From the NCBI GenBank assembly GCA_965637545.1, contig OZ281496.1:5084001-5148000 (forward strand): DNA of 64,000 nt, given 5' to 3'. This DNA is from Phallusia mammillata (Eukaryota). The position numbers and the translations under genes are program-made. This document shows positions 51,268 through 64,000 of this stretch, piece after piece. Below the pieces are notes generated by a model. It saw only the letters and a program-made list of their open reading frames with translations, was not told the origin of the DNA and did no database searches. Within the stretch, counting starts at the first letter, position 1, and the number at the start of each line of letters is the position of its first letter.

Positions 51268-54200
51268 CTACAGGCCATTTTGTTTAGATATTAGATCTTG
51301 GACCATTTTGCCCCATACGAGGAAACCAGCTCCGATAATAACAGCAGCCAGAAGTACAAACATCCCAAGTAGGAAGATGTTGTCAGCTGCTTCATCTGCT
51401 TCATTTCTGTCTCCTGAAGTATCTGCAAAAAAATGTTACATATACGTGATGTTACATATATCTTGGATATACATGTACGTGTGAGAACATTTGTTACTGG
51501 AACCAGCCCTTCAGGAGGACTAAAAACATTTCACTCTCATATATACTTGAAATGTGCCAAGCTTACAAGAGTTTTAATGCCGAATCGAGCAGGTTATCAA
51601 TGCATTTCAGTGCGAGTGAAGGTCGGAGATTAAAAATTCATTTAATGGTGGGATTCGAACCTTCAGAATACTATTATTCAGTATAAGGTTTTTGCTTTTT
51701 TAAAGAAACTGCATTTTGTTTCATGGTTAAGGCAATGTTTCTACAAATCATGCATTTCGACGAAGGACCCACCGTAAGTTAACGAATTCGGGCGTGGCGG
51801 CACATCGAAGATTAAAAAAAAACAAATTCACTTTAAGGTGCAGTAATTTCAGTCATAGAAACAGGCGAAATCTTTGATAATTGAGGCCTAATATAGCTGA
51901 AGTAAATATATAGGACTTTAGTTGATCAATACAATAATTTGAGCCGTTGAAACATAGGCAACTGCAGTATGTTGTCCTGAACTAAGTTTATATGCAGGAA
52001 AGAAGAGTTTAACGATTGTGTTGGTACCTTGCATAAGGAGATACTTGGTAGTTTGTAAGATGTGCACTGGCCCTGCAGAAAGTCGTTGGCTGCGTCCATT
52101 GTTGTCAACAGATCGTGTTTTTCTTCCACCACACATCTGCAGATAAGTTTTATATTAACATTTTGTATCATTTATTCAGCTGTGGAAATCAAGAAGCTAG
52201 AACCTGAAAAACCTTAGACATATCGTGTTTTTTCCCGGTGTATTTCCACTAAAGCAAACCTATTGAAAACTATTCAAGTCAAATATAATCCACCAAACTG
52301 TGCAAGCAGTTCGAGAACGGACTTATCGTGAGCTTATCACAACAAACAAACACAATTCACCTGTCCAGGGCATTGTCCAGTTGAGTTTTGACAGACGGTC
52401 ACGTCGCAGTGAATGGAGATAAATTGTTCTGCGTCGGTAAAGTTTGTCCACACAAAGCTCATCAGCTTGAACGTTGCAAAGTTGGATTTGTAATTCCGCA
52501 TTAACATCTTTGCATTGGATGCCTCACCTTCACTGGGTGGCGCAATGCATCTAATAATATTCACATCAATGTAAGCAAGTTGAAATAGAATACACCGTTC
52601 AATTTTATTTAAAAAAAAACAAGAGCATATCAAACACAAGCACTGCTTACCCGCTTTGTACAACAGGGTAGTTCGGCAAACCACTGGCGTTTTCAACTCG
52701 TGTCGCCCAACATTCTTCAAGCTGTGCACAAACAGTGTACCAAATTTATATGAGCAGTATATTATATATTGTTTAGATGTTCAATATTAAATCACGGAAT
52801 AAGGTTTGTTTTAGATAGGTTTCAAAATTTTTATTTAAAGGAAGGCTTAAAGATGGAGTTATCTTTAAAATACAAAACCGAGTTGCATACCAGAGTACGG
52901 ACCGGACATTTTGGGTCGATTCGGATGTTATTTTTTACCAACGGGGTTAATTCGGACCTGAATTCACATTGTATGACCGTAACCATTGTAATTACACATT
53001 CTGTACTTTTACAGGCTTTGATGTATACGCCTGTCAAACAAACTTTTGGGCCTTAACCGGCTTATTCAAAACGATTCGGGTTCGGGCTTTAATTTCGGGT
53101 CAGCTCTCAACTATGTTGCATACAAAGCAAAACAATGACTTAAGTAACACAATTCTGTTTAACTAAAAAACACAAGTGTTTCATGTGAGTTTGTTATCCA
53201 TTTTGCTTCAATAAGTTTGTTTTACTTTTTACCTGGACAATAAAGTCATCGTTGCTTGGAGAAATTTCTTCAAGTTTAACTTCAGCAAAAATGTAGTTGG
53301 GCACAGTGACTTCCCCAGGCAAGCTTTCGTTGAAATGTTCGTTTGTAAAAAGATTTAGTGCGACGTCAAAGTTTCCAGTATTCTCGGCCGAAATTTCAAC
53401 GGATCTGCACATTGTTATTTCGAAGATAATTAAACATACTTCTATAGGGATTTAGAGCTATAGTTTCATTTTCTTGTTTTTATTTGTTAATTTTCATAAT
53501 GTTTGACTAGTACTAGTGATGATAAAACTAACATTGCACATTGAAATAATTACCAACTGATGTCGTGTGCCAAGTAACATATGGCATGTGCCTGTGGTCG
53601 CCTTACCCAGCTTGAGGTTGGACGCTGGATGACGTGAGAAGTTGGTCGGCTTCAAATAGACAAGTCACATTGAGCTTGTTTTGCACGTCGCGTTGGATCA
53701 CGGCAGTAGACGGAGCTAGAATTCTCCAGATCAGGAACGACACTGACACCATATCGTTTTCATTCTGTTATTACAAAAAATGCACGTAATCATTCTCAGC
53801 ACAAACGCAAAAAAGTTTACTAAACCGAACAATGTTAATCCTTTATTTTATTGGCGCGTTAAATTCAAAAACCATTCATCTTTGCTAACTATGTTTTTTC
53901 ATTGTTTAAATAGTAACCGATGATTTGCCTGAGCGTTGTTGATCAGTTTATGCAGCGTCAATATATAAAATAATCGTATGTTACCTTTTAGGCACCTTCA
54001 CACTGACCAATATCAAACACAAACACCGGGTCTGCCCCCGTGACCTTGCAGTTGCCATTAAGTAGAGAAAGGGGAGTTTCCCTGTCCAATGCGATGTAAA
54101 GTGTGTCACTGAGTTCATAGTCTAATGAGTTCTGTTCATCAGATGTTACCCTGCAAATAGAAACTAAACAACACTCGTAATGCAGCAGCCTACTAAATAA

Positions 54201-57200
54201 ACAACACATTTTAGCAATTATATCATATTTTGGCTGTTGTTGAGTTGCGTTTAGTTTTTATTGTTATTAATTCGCTTGGTGAAAGAGACCCAGTCGCTCT
54301 AAAACCAAACCTGAAATACCTATACGTAATGGAGCGAAGAGCGGGGGGTGTGAAGGGTATTATATAGCGGAGACAATAAACTTTATATGCATACATTTTG
54401 CTCAATGTGCATCGTAACTGGATTACAAACTAATTGGTAGAAAAATTTAAAATTAGTATCCAATTCATCATTATTTATACCTTTAAAGCCAAAATTTTAT
54501 TTGTACAATCGAAGTTTTTGTGCGATGTCTAAAAACACCATGCCAAAAATCAAATATCCAAAGTAACCTAATCATTACTAATCTCTTAATCATTACTAAG
54601 GTTTATTAATGTTACACCAATCATAAAGAAAAAAAGAAGAACTTACGGAATGGTCAAACCTTCGGTCTGGCACACGCTCATTGATTGTTCCGTTCCTACA
54701 AAAAAACATTACATTACTTTTAGTTAGGTTACCCTTTTGAACCAAGTAACAGGCACCTTGCTGCATTGGATAGATAAAGTTTTTTAAAACAAATAACAAG
54801 ATTGATTAAATTATCTGCATTTCCACATTGCATAGATAAAATTTTGCTTCAGCACATTTCACTAAGCTTGTGTTTCAAAACTATTTTTGTTGTTTTCCAC
54901 AACAAGCACCTAATGGGTTTTGTTTTCCCTTTTTCACAACCTAAAAAATTACACCTCGATGCCACTGAATTCACAAAACGACAAATAATGATCATGATAT
55001 GGTGCAAATCAATTCAACGTGTTCTCATTTACTTTACGGGTAAATCGGAAAGTTTAGTTTTTTCCCATTAGTATCAACCTTTTAAAATGTACCTTTTCAT
55101 TGTCCGATTTGTTTTTTTTTGTCTTTTGCTTTCTAAAAGCAAATAGCACTAACCTGCGGGAAGGTTGACCGTCGCATTAAATCCCTGCTGAGTACCGAAA
55201 TTATCGCTGATAAAGATAAGAGTAAGATTTATTGCAGTAACTGTGTGATTCAATCCTCCACCATAATCTCCAGTCAATCTTTCTACATTTCCTTGGTCGT
55301 CTTTAAACTGAAAATAATTTCGCTCCAGTGATCAAGTGTAAAAACTCTGGTTTACGCCGCAAAACATGTCTGGGGTTGGTCAATGGAATAAAACTTTTTT
55401 TTACAGAAATTTGGGCGTAATAATCGCTCTGTCTGGGTTTCGAGTGCCTGGAGAGTATGTTAGCAGCTTAGTAACCATTGGGAACAAACACTAAATAAAC
55501 AACAGTTAGGACATGATTGCCCTCAAATTAACCTCTATCTACGAGTGAAACAATAAGAAATTTTTTCTAGATTTTTAGGCAATGGTAAAATGGATTTTTT
55601 CGAGTAGTTTAGTTAGATATTTAAAACAAAAAAACTGTTGGTAAAATGGAGATCTGTGATGTGAAAGTCAATAGGGAAAAAGTTGTGCACGAATAAACGT
55701 TTTATTTGGAGCCAGGCATTTCAAAATAGATTCGGCTTTTGTGTCAATACAACGTGTATGATTCGAACCTGACTGCAATAAACTTTATAAAGTGTAAAAT
55801 ACAAACTCGGGACAAACTGAGGCTTGATTAAAACCTGATTTGGTATGTTTGATTCTGATTTGGAATTTAAACACAAATAACCACTTACGTATAAAAAGTC
55901 AAAGGTATTCTCGGTGGAAAAAGTAGAGAATTGAAATACCAAAGAGGCGCTGCTTTCCAATTGAAATCTCCAAACACAACCGATCAAAATTGGATAGTTA
56001 CTCGGAAAGTTTGGAGACTTCAAGTTATAAACCGGACCGGTGGCATCTTCCCCACACAAAGTAGCTAAAACACATTACTAATATTAATGTTTCATAGTAG
56101 CTGTCGTGCTTAACTGCAAATATACAGCCGGTGAAAACAACTTTGGATCTTAAACAGTTACTTAGTTATTTAACCACATGTATTTAAACTGTTACTCTTA
56201 AAACATGAGACTGCTTTAGCCTGACAGCAAGCACATTTAAACTTAATGTTGTGTCACCGGTTTCACTGATGAGATGATACAGGACGCAAGAGTACGTTCT
56301 GCCTGCAGCTTACTTATCTCAAAAAAACAGACATCAATTTTTTTCTCCTGACTCCTAACTTAGATAATGGACAAGTTCAAGAATTGACTTCTTACATTTT
56401 ACAGAATTGAACCGTTTTGAAAAACTTGTTAAATTTGACTTACCCGCGTGCATAACGATTTTTACTCTTTCCGTTGTGAAGTTTGTGACACAAGATATAT
56501 AAGCAGTAGAGCTTTCAACGAAAACCGGAAAAGATAAGCCTCCACCTTCCAACGTTCCAGCTAATTTACCTTGGTCGTCGGATCCTTCGTAAATCTAGAT
56601 TACACAGAATGAGGCTAATGCTCAATATTTGCGCATTAATGGCAATCGAGCTTGAACCCTAACAATCAAACCCCAACCTGAACTATTTTGTAAAGCTCGT
56701 CAGTTAAACCTAATTCATAACTTAATACACGACGAAAATGTGGCCGAGTAAAAAGTCAGGTCCCCTTTTGTTTAAAAACAGTGTCCAAAATTTGCTCCGA
56801 AACCAACTTTGTTTCAAGTACAACTCGAAATCATTTTGAATCAAAAGCATTGCAAAGGCTTTTTGTAATCAAGGAATTTAAAACAAGTCACATATCGAGT
56901 AAAAATTGTTCTTAACAAAATTTTGATTTGTTACTGAATTCGAATCGAGGTGGACGTGTTATATGCGCACATGTGTAAAAACGTATACATGCTGCTCATT
57001 CATATAAACTGTTTGTCTGGATAAAATATCGACAAATAATTTAACTAACGGGAAGCAATAAGATGCAGAAAGCTCGACAACGGACTCATTGTGTGCATTA
57101 AAAGAAATCTCATGTACCCAATTCAAAGGCTATACTCATATAACTTTACCTTACAAAAGTTGTCTGCAGGTAGCTCTTCACTTAGAAAATAAGCAATTAA

Positions 57201-57876
57201 TCTTGGGGCATTCTCTGCGTGAATATATCCTCGAGTCCATGTGGTACATTGAGGTAAAATGTTTACATTAAACCGAGTTGTGTTTGCAGGCCCTTCGTGA
57301 CATTGACCGCACGACACTTAATGAAATACAATATTAGAAAAAAACATTTTAACAATCAAGCATTACTCTCCAAATCCCGACACCCATAAACTGTTACATA
57401 GCGAGTTCGGCATAGCGACAGCTCGTTTCCTATTTTTCCACCAATGTGCCAAATGCGCTATGACGCTGTTTAAGACATCGCAAATCTGCGTAGCTATTCT
57501 AGACCTGGTGATTATTTTTTACAAGCTTACAAACACGTATTTTACACCAAACCCATAAGACTTGACGAAAAGGGTTTAGTCAAAGGATTTGTTGGATTTC
57601 AATCGTTCAAAATGATTAAAACTTAAACGATTCTGCAGCGAATAAATAGATTGTTCTTTAATCTTGTTTATGGAACCGTATTTTTAAGCTCATCTGCCAA
57701 CAACACAAAACTGTTCGTGCAAATGCAATATTCAAACTTACACAGTTTTCAATGTTAAAAAAGGTTTTGATTGTCTATGTTTTATTGCGTTTGCTATATG
57801 CCTAACCTTACTTACCTCGATGTAATAATCTCATAGAGCAGACGAAAAGAGCAACCTTTATGAGCCTGATTGACAT
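51268..57876 (-). CDS. Kringle-like/CUB/ZP-domain protein, paralog D (in-frame TAA in the ZP-N exon; otherwise open to TM and stop)
   Basis: Signal exon 57816-57876 (MSIRLIKVALFVCSMRLLHR); kringle-like, CUB and ZP exons; CGGRKTRS; TM IFLLGMFVLLAAVIIGAGFLVW. GCC TAA AAG at 53988-53990 where paralogs have TAT/TAC/TTT. Confidence 0.8.
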
Positions 57877-58149
57877 TTTGGTCGTTGTGTTCGACAAAAG
57901 GCAACTGTTTTATATCACCAACTATATCTACTACTATACAATGCAAATAAATTAATAAACATACTAATTTAATACAACCAACATAACTTACAACTATATG
58001 TATTTGCACATCAACTAGTACATAAGCATATATTTGTCTGTCAATATTTAACATTTTCTATTTAAACTTCCTTGAGGTCGGCACCCTTGTTAATTTAAGT
58101 GTGGCTACAACTTTATCTAAATCATTTATCCAATATAAGTATTATAATG

Positions 58150-59450
58150 CTATTCTCAGCTGCAACACTTCATATGCGTCAAGCGGGTTTCCTTTTATAC
58201 ATTATAACACACTGTGGCCTACTTAGAGATTACCGGCGCGAACACCGCGAGCCCCGTAACACAACGCAGGTGATTCAAACCGGATCAATACAGTTGCGAC
58301 GCTTATCCTGTGCCGATGCCGCTACATCCAACTGGGTTAAAACGCGTATAACGTTATTCACGTGAGTCGTCGTTCTTTTTTCAAACTCCGCGGAAGCAAG
58401 CTAATGCCCAATGTTTTAATCCACAAGTCCCGTCATTGCAGCTGCTGTTTTTTTTGTAACACCACTCCAGTTTGTTGGGAGTAACAGTCTGATATAAAGT
58501 GTCCATTTAAGATTTTAACCATCTATATGTACTGAATCTCATAGTAAAAGTTTAATAGTAAGTTTCGTAGAACACGTTTTAGTGTTTACAGCAGTTTGCA
58601 CGATTTTTAATTTTATTTGGCAAGACAGCATTTTGCCCTGGTCTTCATTATACAAGAAGAACTTGCATGTGAGCTCACAAGTCCTTTTGCGCGCCAGTTT
58701 AAAATTGAAATGGGCAAATCCACGTAACGTTGTTTTGTTTCTTTAAGCCCCACCCTCTTACCTAACACGGTTGGTTAGCTTGTAGAGCTCTCCACGAGTC
58801 CCACTATTGCCCTTCATTTATTTACATCTTTCAATCTCGATGTATATTGTATACGATGTATATCAGAGTAGCTCATTACCTTAAGAACTTGCGACAGATA
58901 AAGTTTACTGAGTTCCGAAGGATGGCCGTAAAGAGCACAGGAATTTAAATAAACGATAAGACTTGGATAGAGTTAGGAACTTACTTTAACATTAGAACTA
59001 AGTTTACAGGTTAATTTTATTTTGATTATTACTATAAAACCTCATCTCAACTGTAATCGCTAAAACCCTCAGCGTTTTCATACAATCTACCTTAGCAATT
59101 CACAAATGCTCTTTGTGCCATCTATCGGTATTTAGAAAACTTTGTCTAATACCAGTTCTTACAGTTGAATCAATCGGTCAGTGACTGAATTGCTGAGTCA
59201 AGTGTTGCAAAAGCTTTATTTAAACCGTTTCACCAATACCAGTATCATAATGCTACATTTTAGCTAAAATGCTTTTTATGCTTCAGGTTTCCTCATCCAC
59301 ACTATAATGCACTGTGGCCTACTAAGACATTGCCGGCGCAAACTATCGCAGCCCCGTAACACAATGCAGGTGACTCAAACCGAAACAATACAGTTTCGGC
59401 GCCTATGCGGTAACGATGCCGCTTAAAACAACTGGCTTTAATGCGTAATA
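58150..59450. promoter_or_regulatory. Conserved non-coding block upstream of ZP start codons (also ~12600-13620 and ~15330-15520)
   Basis: Shared gcaggtgattcaaaccggatcaatacagtt and acgttattcacgtgagtcgtc motifs, partly re-duplicated at 59280-59450. Regulatory role is inference only. Confidence 0.35.
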
Positions 59451-61837
59451 CATAACTCATGTGGTTCGACTGTATTATGGAACCTGTGTTTAATTATTTC
59501 GTTCAACTTCTAACCGTTTTGGTTTTATTACTGATATTGAAACATGAACCTTTAATCCTTCAAATACATAGGGTAATAAAGCATAATTTTTTAAAATTTG
59601 CTGTTATTCTTTACATAAACTACCTCCCATTTAATGCCTTATCACATTCAAAACTTAGTATATATCAATTTGATAGTTACTACCCACATAGGCGCCGAGT
59701 GGGCAGTGGCGGGGTGGCGCCTCAACCTCGCGTTTTTAAAGCACGGTGGCGGCCATCGTGAATATTTTGGTTAGTTTGATAGCAGTATCGTACGAAAAAT
59801 CGTAAAATGTGAAGAAAATCAAGAACGATTTTGCATTTAAACAAGGGTGCTGGCGAAAAAACAACAAAACGTGCCTCCAAACTGCAACCCGTTTGGGATA
59901 ATGCCTTGTTTATGACATCAAACACACAGTTGTTTGGCAGTGAATGGATGATCATTATTGTGTACAATGCGAATGTGTTGTAATTAATAATTATCTCAGT
60001 TGGTACAAAGCTAAAAGATCGTGACCAAACATTTCTTTTTTGAACGTTGCCAAACCAACGGTAACTCTTCAGCAACGTGTTTCAAATTTATATTATTTTA
60101 AACATTCTCTCATAAATGATTTTGACGAACGTTGCATTTTATTGGAACTTTGTTAGGCTTTGAGCTCTTGTTGTTGCACGCATTAGTGACGTCACATTTA
60201 GTGACGTCATATATTACGTCCGCCACCTTGCATTTTTGTAAAACTCGGCGCCTATGACTACCCAAAACAAAAATTCGCGAAAAGCCCGGCCCACTTTTTA
60301 ACCTGAGTTCAGCCTGCATACATTAATAGTTAGGGTGGGATCTTTTTATTAAAGTTAAAGGTTGGGAAGAATCTTTTTATTATTACAATGCTGAGTGCTT
60401 GTAACTGGGTTAAGTGGTTTACCCAGAACTCATTCCCTCAACTGTTTATTGTATGTGAAACCTTTTGAGACACATTTGTGAAAACTTTTTACTTGTTTAT
60501 ATTGATCTACAGTTATTGGATTGGTTCTGTTTCTCCCTGCTATACCGTTTGGTGATCAAAGGAGCAACGTACGGTTCTGTACAATACAAACAGATTGCTT
60601 ATTAGAAATATGGTTCATGTTCTGCGAACCCGTCTCTGTGTAGAACATATAGAACAAAGCGTACATGTTAATGAGCCTGTTTGCCTCTGTTAGGTTTAAA
60701 AGTTGAGTTTTTTTGTATTGGTTTATTGCGACTTTGTTACCATATATCAGACATTACTTCATTACAGCAGAAATAACCCATCAACTGCATCTATGTCTTT
60801 GAGAAGAGTCAAATTAATGCAACGGGTTAATTGACACTCATTAAAAAGCGTATACAAGAACGTCACTCCTTTGGGGTTTTTGAGAACCTAAAATTCATAT
60901 TTTTACCGCAAGCGCTAGAGCGTTTGTAAGACCATCAAAGCAAATACTTGCCTTGACATCTACTACATTATTTTAAATTAAACGACAACTACTACCCTGG
61001 CAGTGGCGATTTCATTAAGTGTGGTTGTTGTTTGGTTTAAACCAACTAAACAGATTATCTGTTAAGAAGTTTCCTTCCAATGCAACGAGTCCAAGTCTTT
61101 TCACAGCTGAGTGAAGTCATTAAAAGAAACGCATCAAGTTGGATTGGAGTTCAGTCACTGACTCGTGTCTCTCCATTATTTATTTTTATTTGCATTTTAT
61201 TGCGACACGGCACACTCATATATAAATCTTTGCACGCCAGGCCAATTAAAATTCATACCGAATCAGCAATTGAGTTCAGTTGTAAGAGCGTAAATCCCGT
61301 AAAGTCACATATCGTGCGTCCAAATTCCACCGCAGGATTGTTTTTCAAGAATGCGCCTTGCTGTAAGAATGCTTAGACGACCGGCCAAATAGGAATGGCA
61401 CTATCAATATATCCGACCTACTATGACTCAAGGAAACATCTAACTTTAAAACTTCTTGCTCACACTCCCTTTCCTTTTCACGATTATGCCACGTCACTTC
61501 CAATTAGTCAGAAAATTGTGATATGACGCAGCGAATGCTTTGACGTTTCTGTTAATGTTAGTCTGTACAGTTATTGTTTCTTTAAGATATTTTGTGAGAA
61601 AGATTACAGTGTAAGTTTACGTGCAGTTTTGTCAATGCTAAAGATTAGTGTAACTTTGCTTTCCGGAAAGGATTTGCTAATTCGTGTAAATTTGCACATT
61701 TATTAGGTTTTGAAGGTTGGTTCGCAAGGCAATGATATACTTTGAACTATTTAGTTCAGATATATTCATTTCTTTTGTTGATATCATTTAGTATGACTTC
61801 AAACAAGCACTTTTCTTCTTGTTTTTTTCATTTCAAA

Positions 61838-62125
61838 GTTTGTCCGACTCGTTTTTTCATCAAATGATTGATGGATTTGACTAAAATTTACACAGATGGT
61901 AGATATAGTTATGTAGATGTGCATGCCACTTTGTTTGTGTTTGTAACCCCAGTATTTACCCGCTAGCCCCCTTAAAGGGGTATTTTCCCCTGAAGTTTGC
62001 CCGACTCGTTTTTCAATTAAATGTTTGATGGATTTGAATAAAATTTACACATATGGTAGATACATTCATGTAGATGTGCATCCCACTTGTTTTTGTTGAT
62101 AACCCCCTGTATTTACCCCGCTAAT
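61838..62125. repeat. Two tandem ~155-bp units, probable transposon-internal repeat
   Basis: tttgtccgactcgtttt..gatggatttga..aaatttacac..tagatgtgcat repeated. Confidence 0.75.
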
Positions 62126-62658
62126 TAAACGCTTTGCAGTCTAAAAACAAAACTGCATCACATGACTTGTTATCGAAACCAAAGATATTTTTTTATCTTT
62201 ACGAAAATGAATGCAATTTTTGTTTTCAATTTTGTCATCGAACGTTTTTTTTACTGTAGAACATTTTCATGATTGTCTTGTCATCTGTACTTTCGGGTGA
62301 TGTTACATCGCACCATATTTGTACAGTACAACATTTTTCAAGTGTCATTTTGAGTCAAAAGGGAACGCAAATATACAAAGTCTTTTGTAAAATGGACAGT
62401 CACACAACGCTTGTTTAAAGTGGAATCGAGAGTTTGTGGCAACATCTCTCATTATGTTGCACTCGAATAAATGCTTTTTTTGTTTTCTCTCTTCGAGTGA
62501 GCACATCACAGCTGTGCCACTTGTCAGCGGTACGAATTTGTTTGGTTACTTCATTCCATAAACGTATATCTCGTTTGTCTGCAGTCACTATGAGTGAGAT
62601 TCCAACGCAATCGTTCTCACTGATATTACCTTGTATTATACATAATATCCAAGAGCAA

Positions 62659-63167
62659 TCACATGATGCCAGGCCCATTGAAGGCGCCATACCGAATCAG
62701 CCGGTCACCAAGCATTCACCACCATATGGCAAGGCGCAGACTGGAAAAAACTAGCCTGCGATGGGATTCGAACCCACGACAGGAGTCTTTCCGGGACTCG
62801 CGTTCTACCGACTGAGCTACACAGGCTCAGTGCAGAATCCGCCGAAAGTCAAATCACAAACACCGTTGCCTGCCTTGTATGCTGCACATGTCAGCTTCGT
62901 AGTAGGGGATCGCAAGATTGACCAGTATCAGTAAAGATGAACATAAATTCATAACTGACCCTACTACGAAGCTGTTCGAATTCCATCGCAGGCTAGATTT
63001 TTCTAGCCTGCGCCTTGCCATATGATGGTGAATGCTTGGTGACCGGCTGATTCGGTATAGCGCCTTCACTGGGCCTGGTGTACTGTGATTTATATTTGAG
63101 TATGCCGTGATCGCTGGTCTGCATAGACGCTTCAGGGCTGATCCCAGTTATGAATTTATGTTCATCT
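62659..63167. mobile_element. tRNA-like repeat (cloverleaf 62754-62826, minus strand) with inverted terminal segment and 13-bp TSD
   Basis: TSD tatccaagagcaa/tatcccagagcaa at 62646-62658 and 63168-63180; ends ...atgttcatctt as in the 36166 copy. Confidence 0.88.
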
Positions 63168-64000
63168 TATCCCAGAGCAAGGGACTTAAACCCTTTTAGC
63201 GAAATCGAAAGCGCTAGTCGCCAATTGGAAGTGTGAAAGCAAAACAAGTTTAATGGAAAACTCCTTACCCTTTTATTTAAAAGATATATCCCGTCACATA
63301 CATAGGCTTAAAAAGTGGCCTCAGTGGCAAATTAAATGCCCAACCTTGCTCTCGAGATCAATAAATACAAACAATCGCCAGCAAATGCAATGCATACAAA
63401 TGGTAGCATGTAAACAGATGCACTTCTTGTCCCTAGAGTTTGTTTGCAATGCAAATAAAATATGTTGTAAATTAAAGTTAGCATCTAACACATTTGGTAC
63501 ATATTTATACAATCAATGTTGAAATCGTGCCCCTTTTAAACTTAAATCACACTCCACATCCAAAAAATTGTTACCATTGGGGGATCAAAACGCTCTCTTG
63601 CAGTCCCCTGTCCTACAGTGATCCGGATAGATTGCCTTTTATATTTTGCTCTCTTCGATAGTGGTGCAATCGTGTATCTGTCCATAGGTAGCATAAATAT
63701 GTAACTTACCGTACGGTGAGAGCTGAATGAATTTGGCGTAAATGAATTTCTGGTAATGTATTTAAATATACGCTTGTAGTACTTTAGCGATTTTCAATTG
63801 CTCAGTTGTGTGACAAGATATAAAGTTCTGATTTAATCCACTATTTGCGTGGTAATAAATTAAACCTTGCATTACAATTTAAATACCTTCGTTTTATCTC
63901 CTGGTTATTACAGAAATACGAATACGGCACTTGAAATATGTTGCACGAAACAATATTGTCAAAAATTGTCATTACTTCTGAGCTGTTGCGTCACAAAAGA

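Noticed and set aside
62820-62860. Hammerhead on the antisense strand of the tRNA-like repeat (gccgaaagtc)
   Set aside because: GAAA-GTC is present but there is no CTGANGA core at the required position.
63806-63835. CVTRYKVL similar to CVTKYEIL at ~22370
   Set aside because: Its position is not collinear with the inverted duplication; likely chance.
1-64000. Most ORFs in the supplied track as stand-alone genes
   Set aside because: They are short AT-rich chance ORFs, antisense frames, or exons read through into introns; real coding is spliced.

Overview
AT-rich eukaryotic (metazoan) DNA with GT-AG introns and no prokaryotic operons; a tunicate or other marine invertebrate source is my inference only. 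The window is a tandem array of four minus-strand paralogs (A-D). A, C and D encode signal peptide + divergent kringle-like domain + CUB + ZP-N/ZP-C + dibasic furin site + transmembrane (TM) helix; B retains only the ZP-to-TM half. Three of the four (A, C, D) face a plus-strand gene of an unrecognised micro-exon family ('X', terminal exon AFDNFDPNG.PAE). Each ZP paralog carries a distinct lesion, and copy B is fused to an inverted X fragment. Introns and intergenic DNA hold two Penelope-like GIY-YIG retroelement fragments with hammerhead ribozymes (HHRs), a small non-coding HHR element family, and a circularly permuted ~350-400 bp repeat with an internal tRNA-like cloverleaf. They also hold two decayed Ty3/gypsy elements, a LINE fragment and several hAT MITEs. 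The strongest signal is that three unrelated families (GIY-YIG element, HHR mini-element, tRNA-like repeat) share one insertion anatomy: a 12-13 bp target-site duplication (TSD), no poly(A), and an inverted copy of the terminus that extends past it. This suggests non-autonomous passengers of Penelope machinery. All exon models were read by eye, and coordinates may be off by a few bases.
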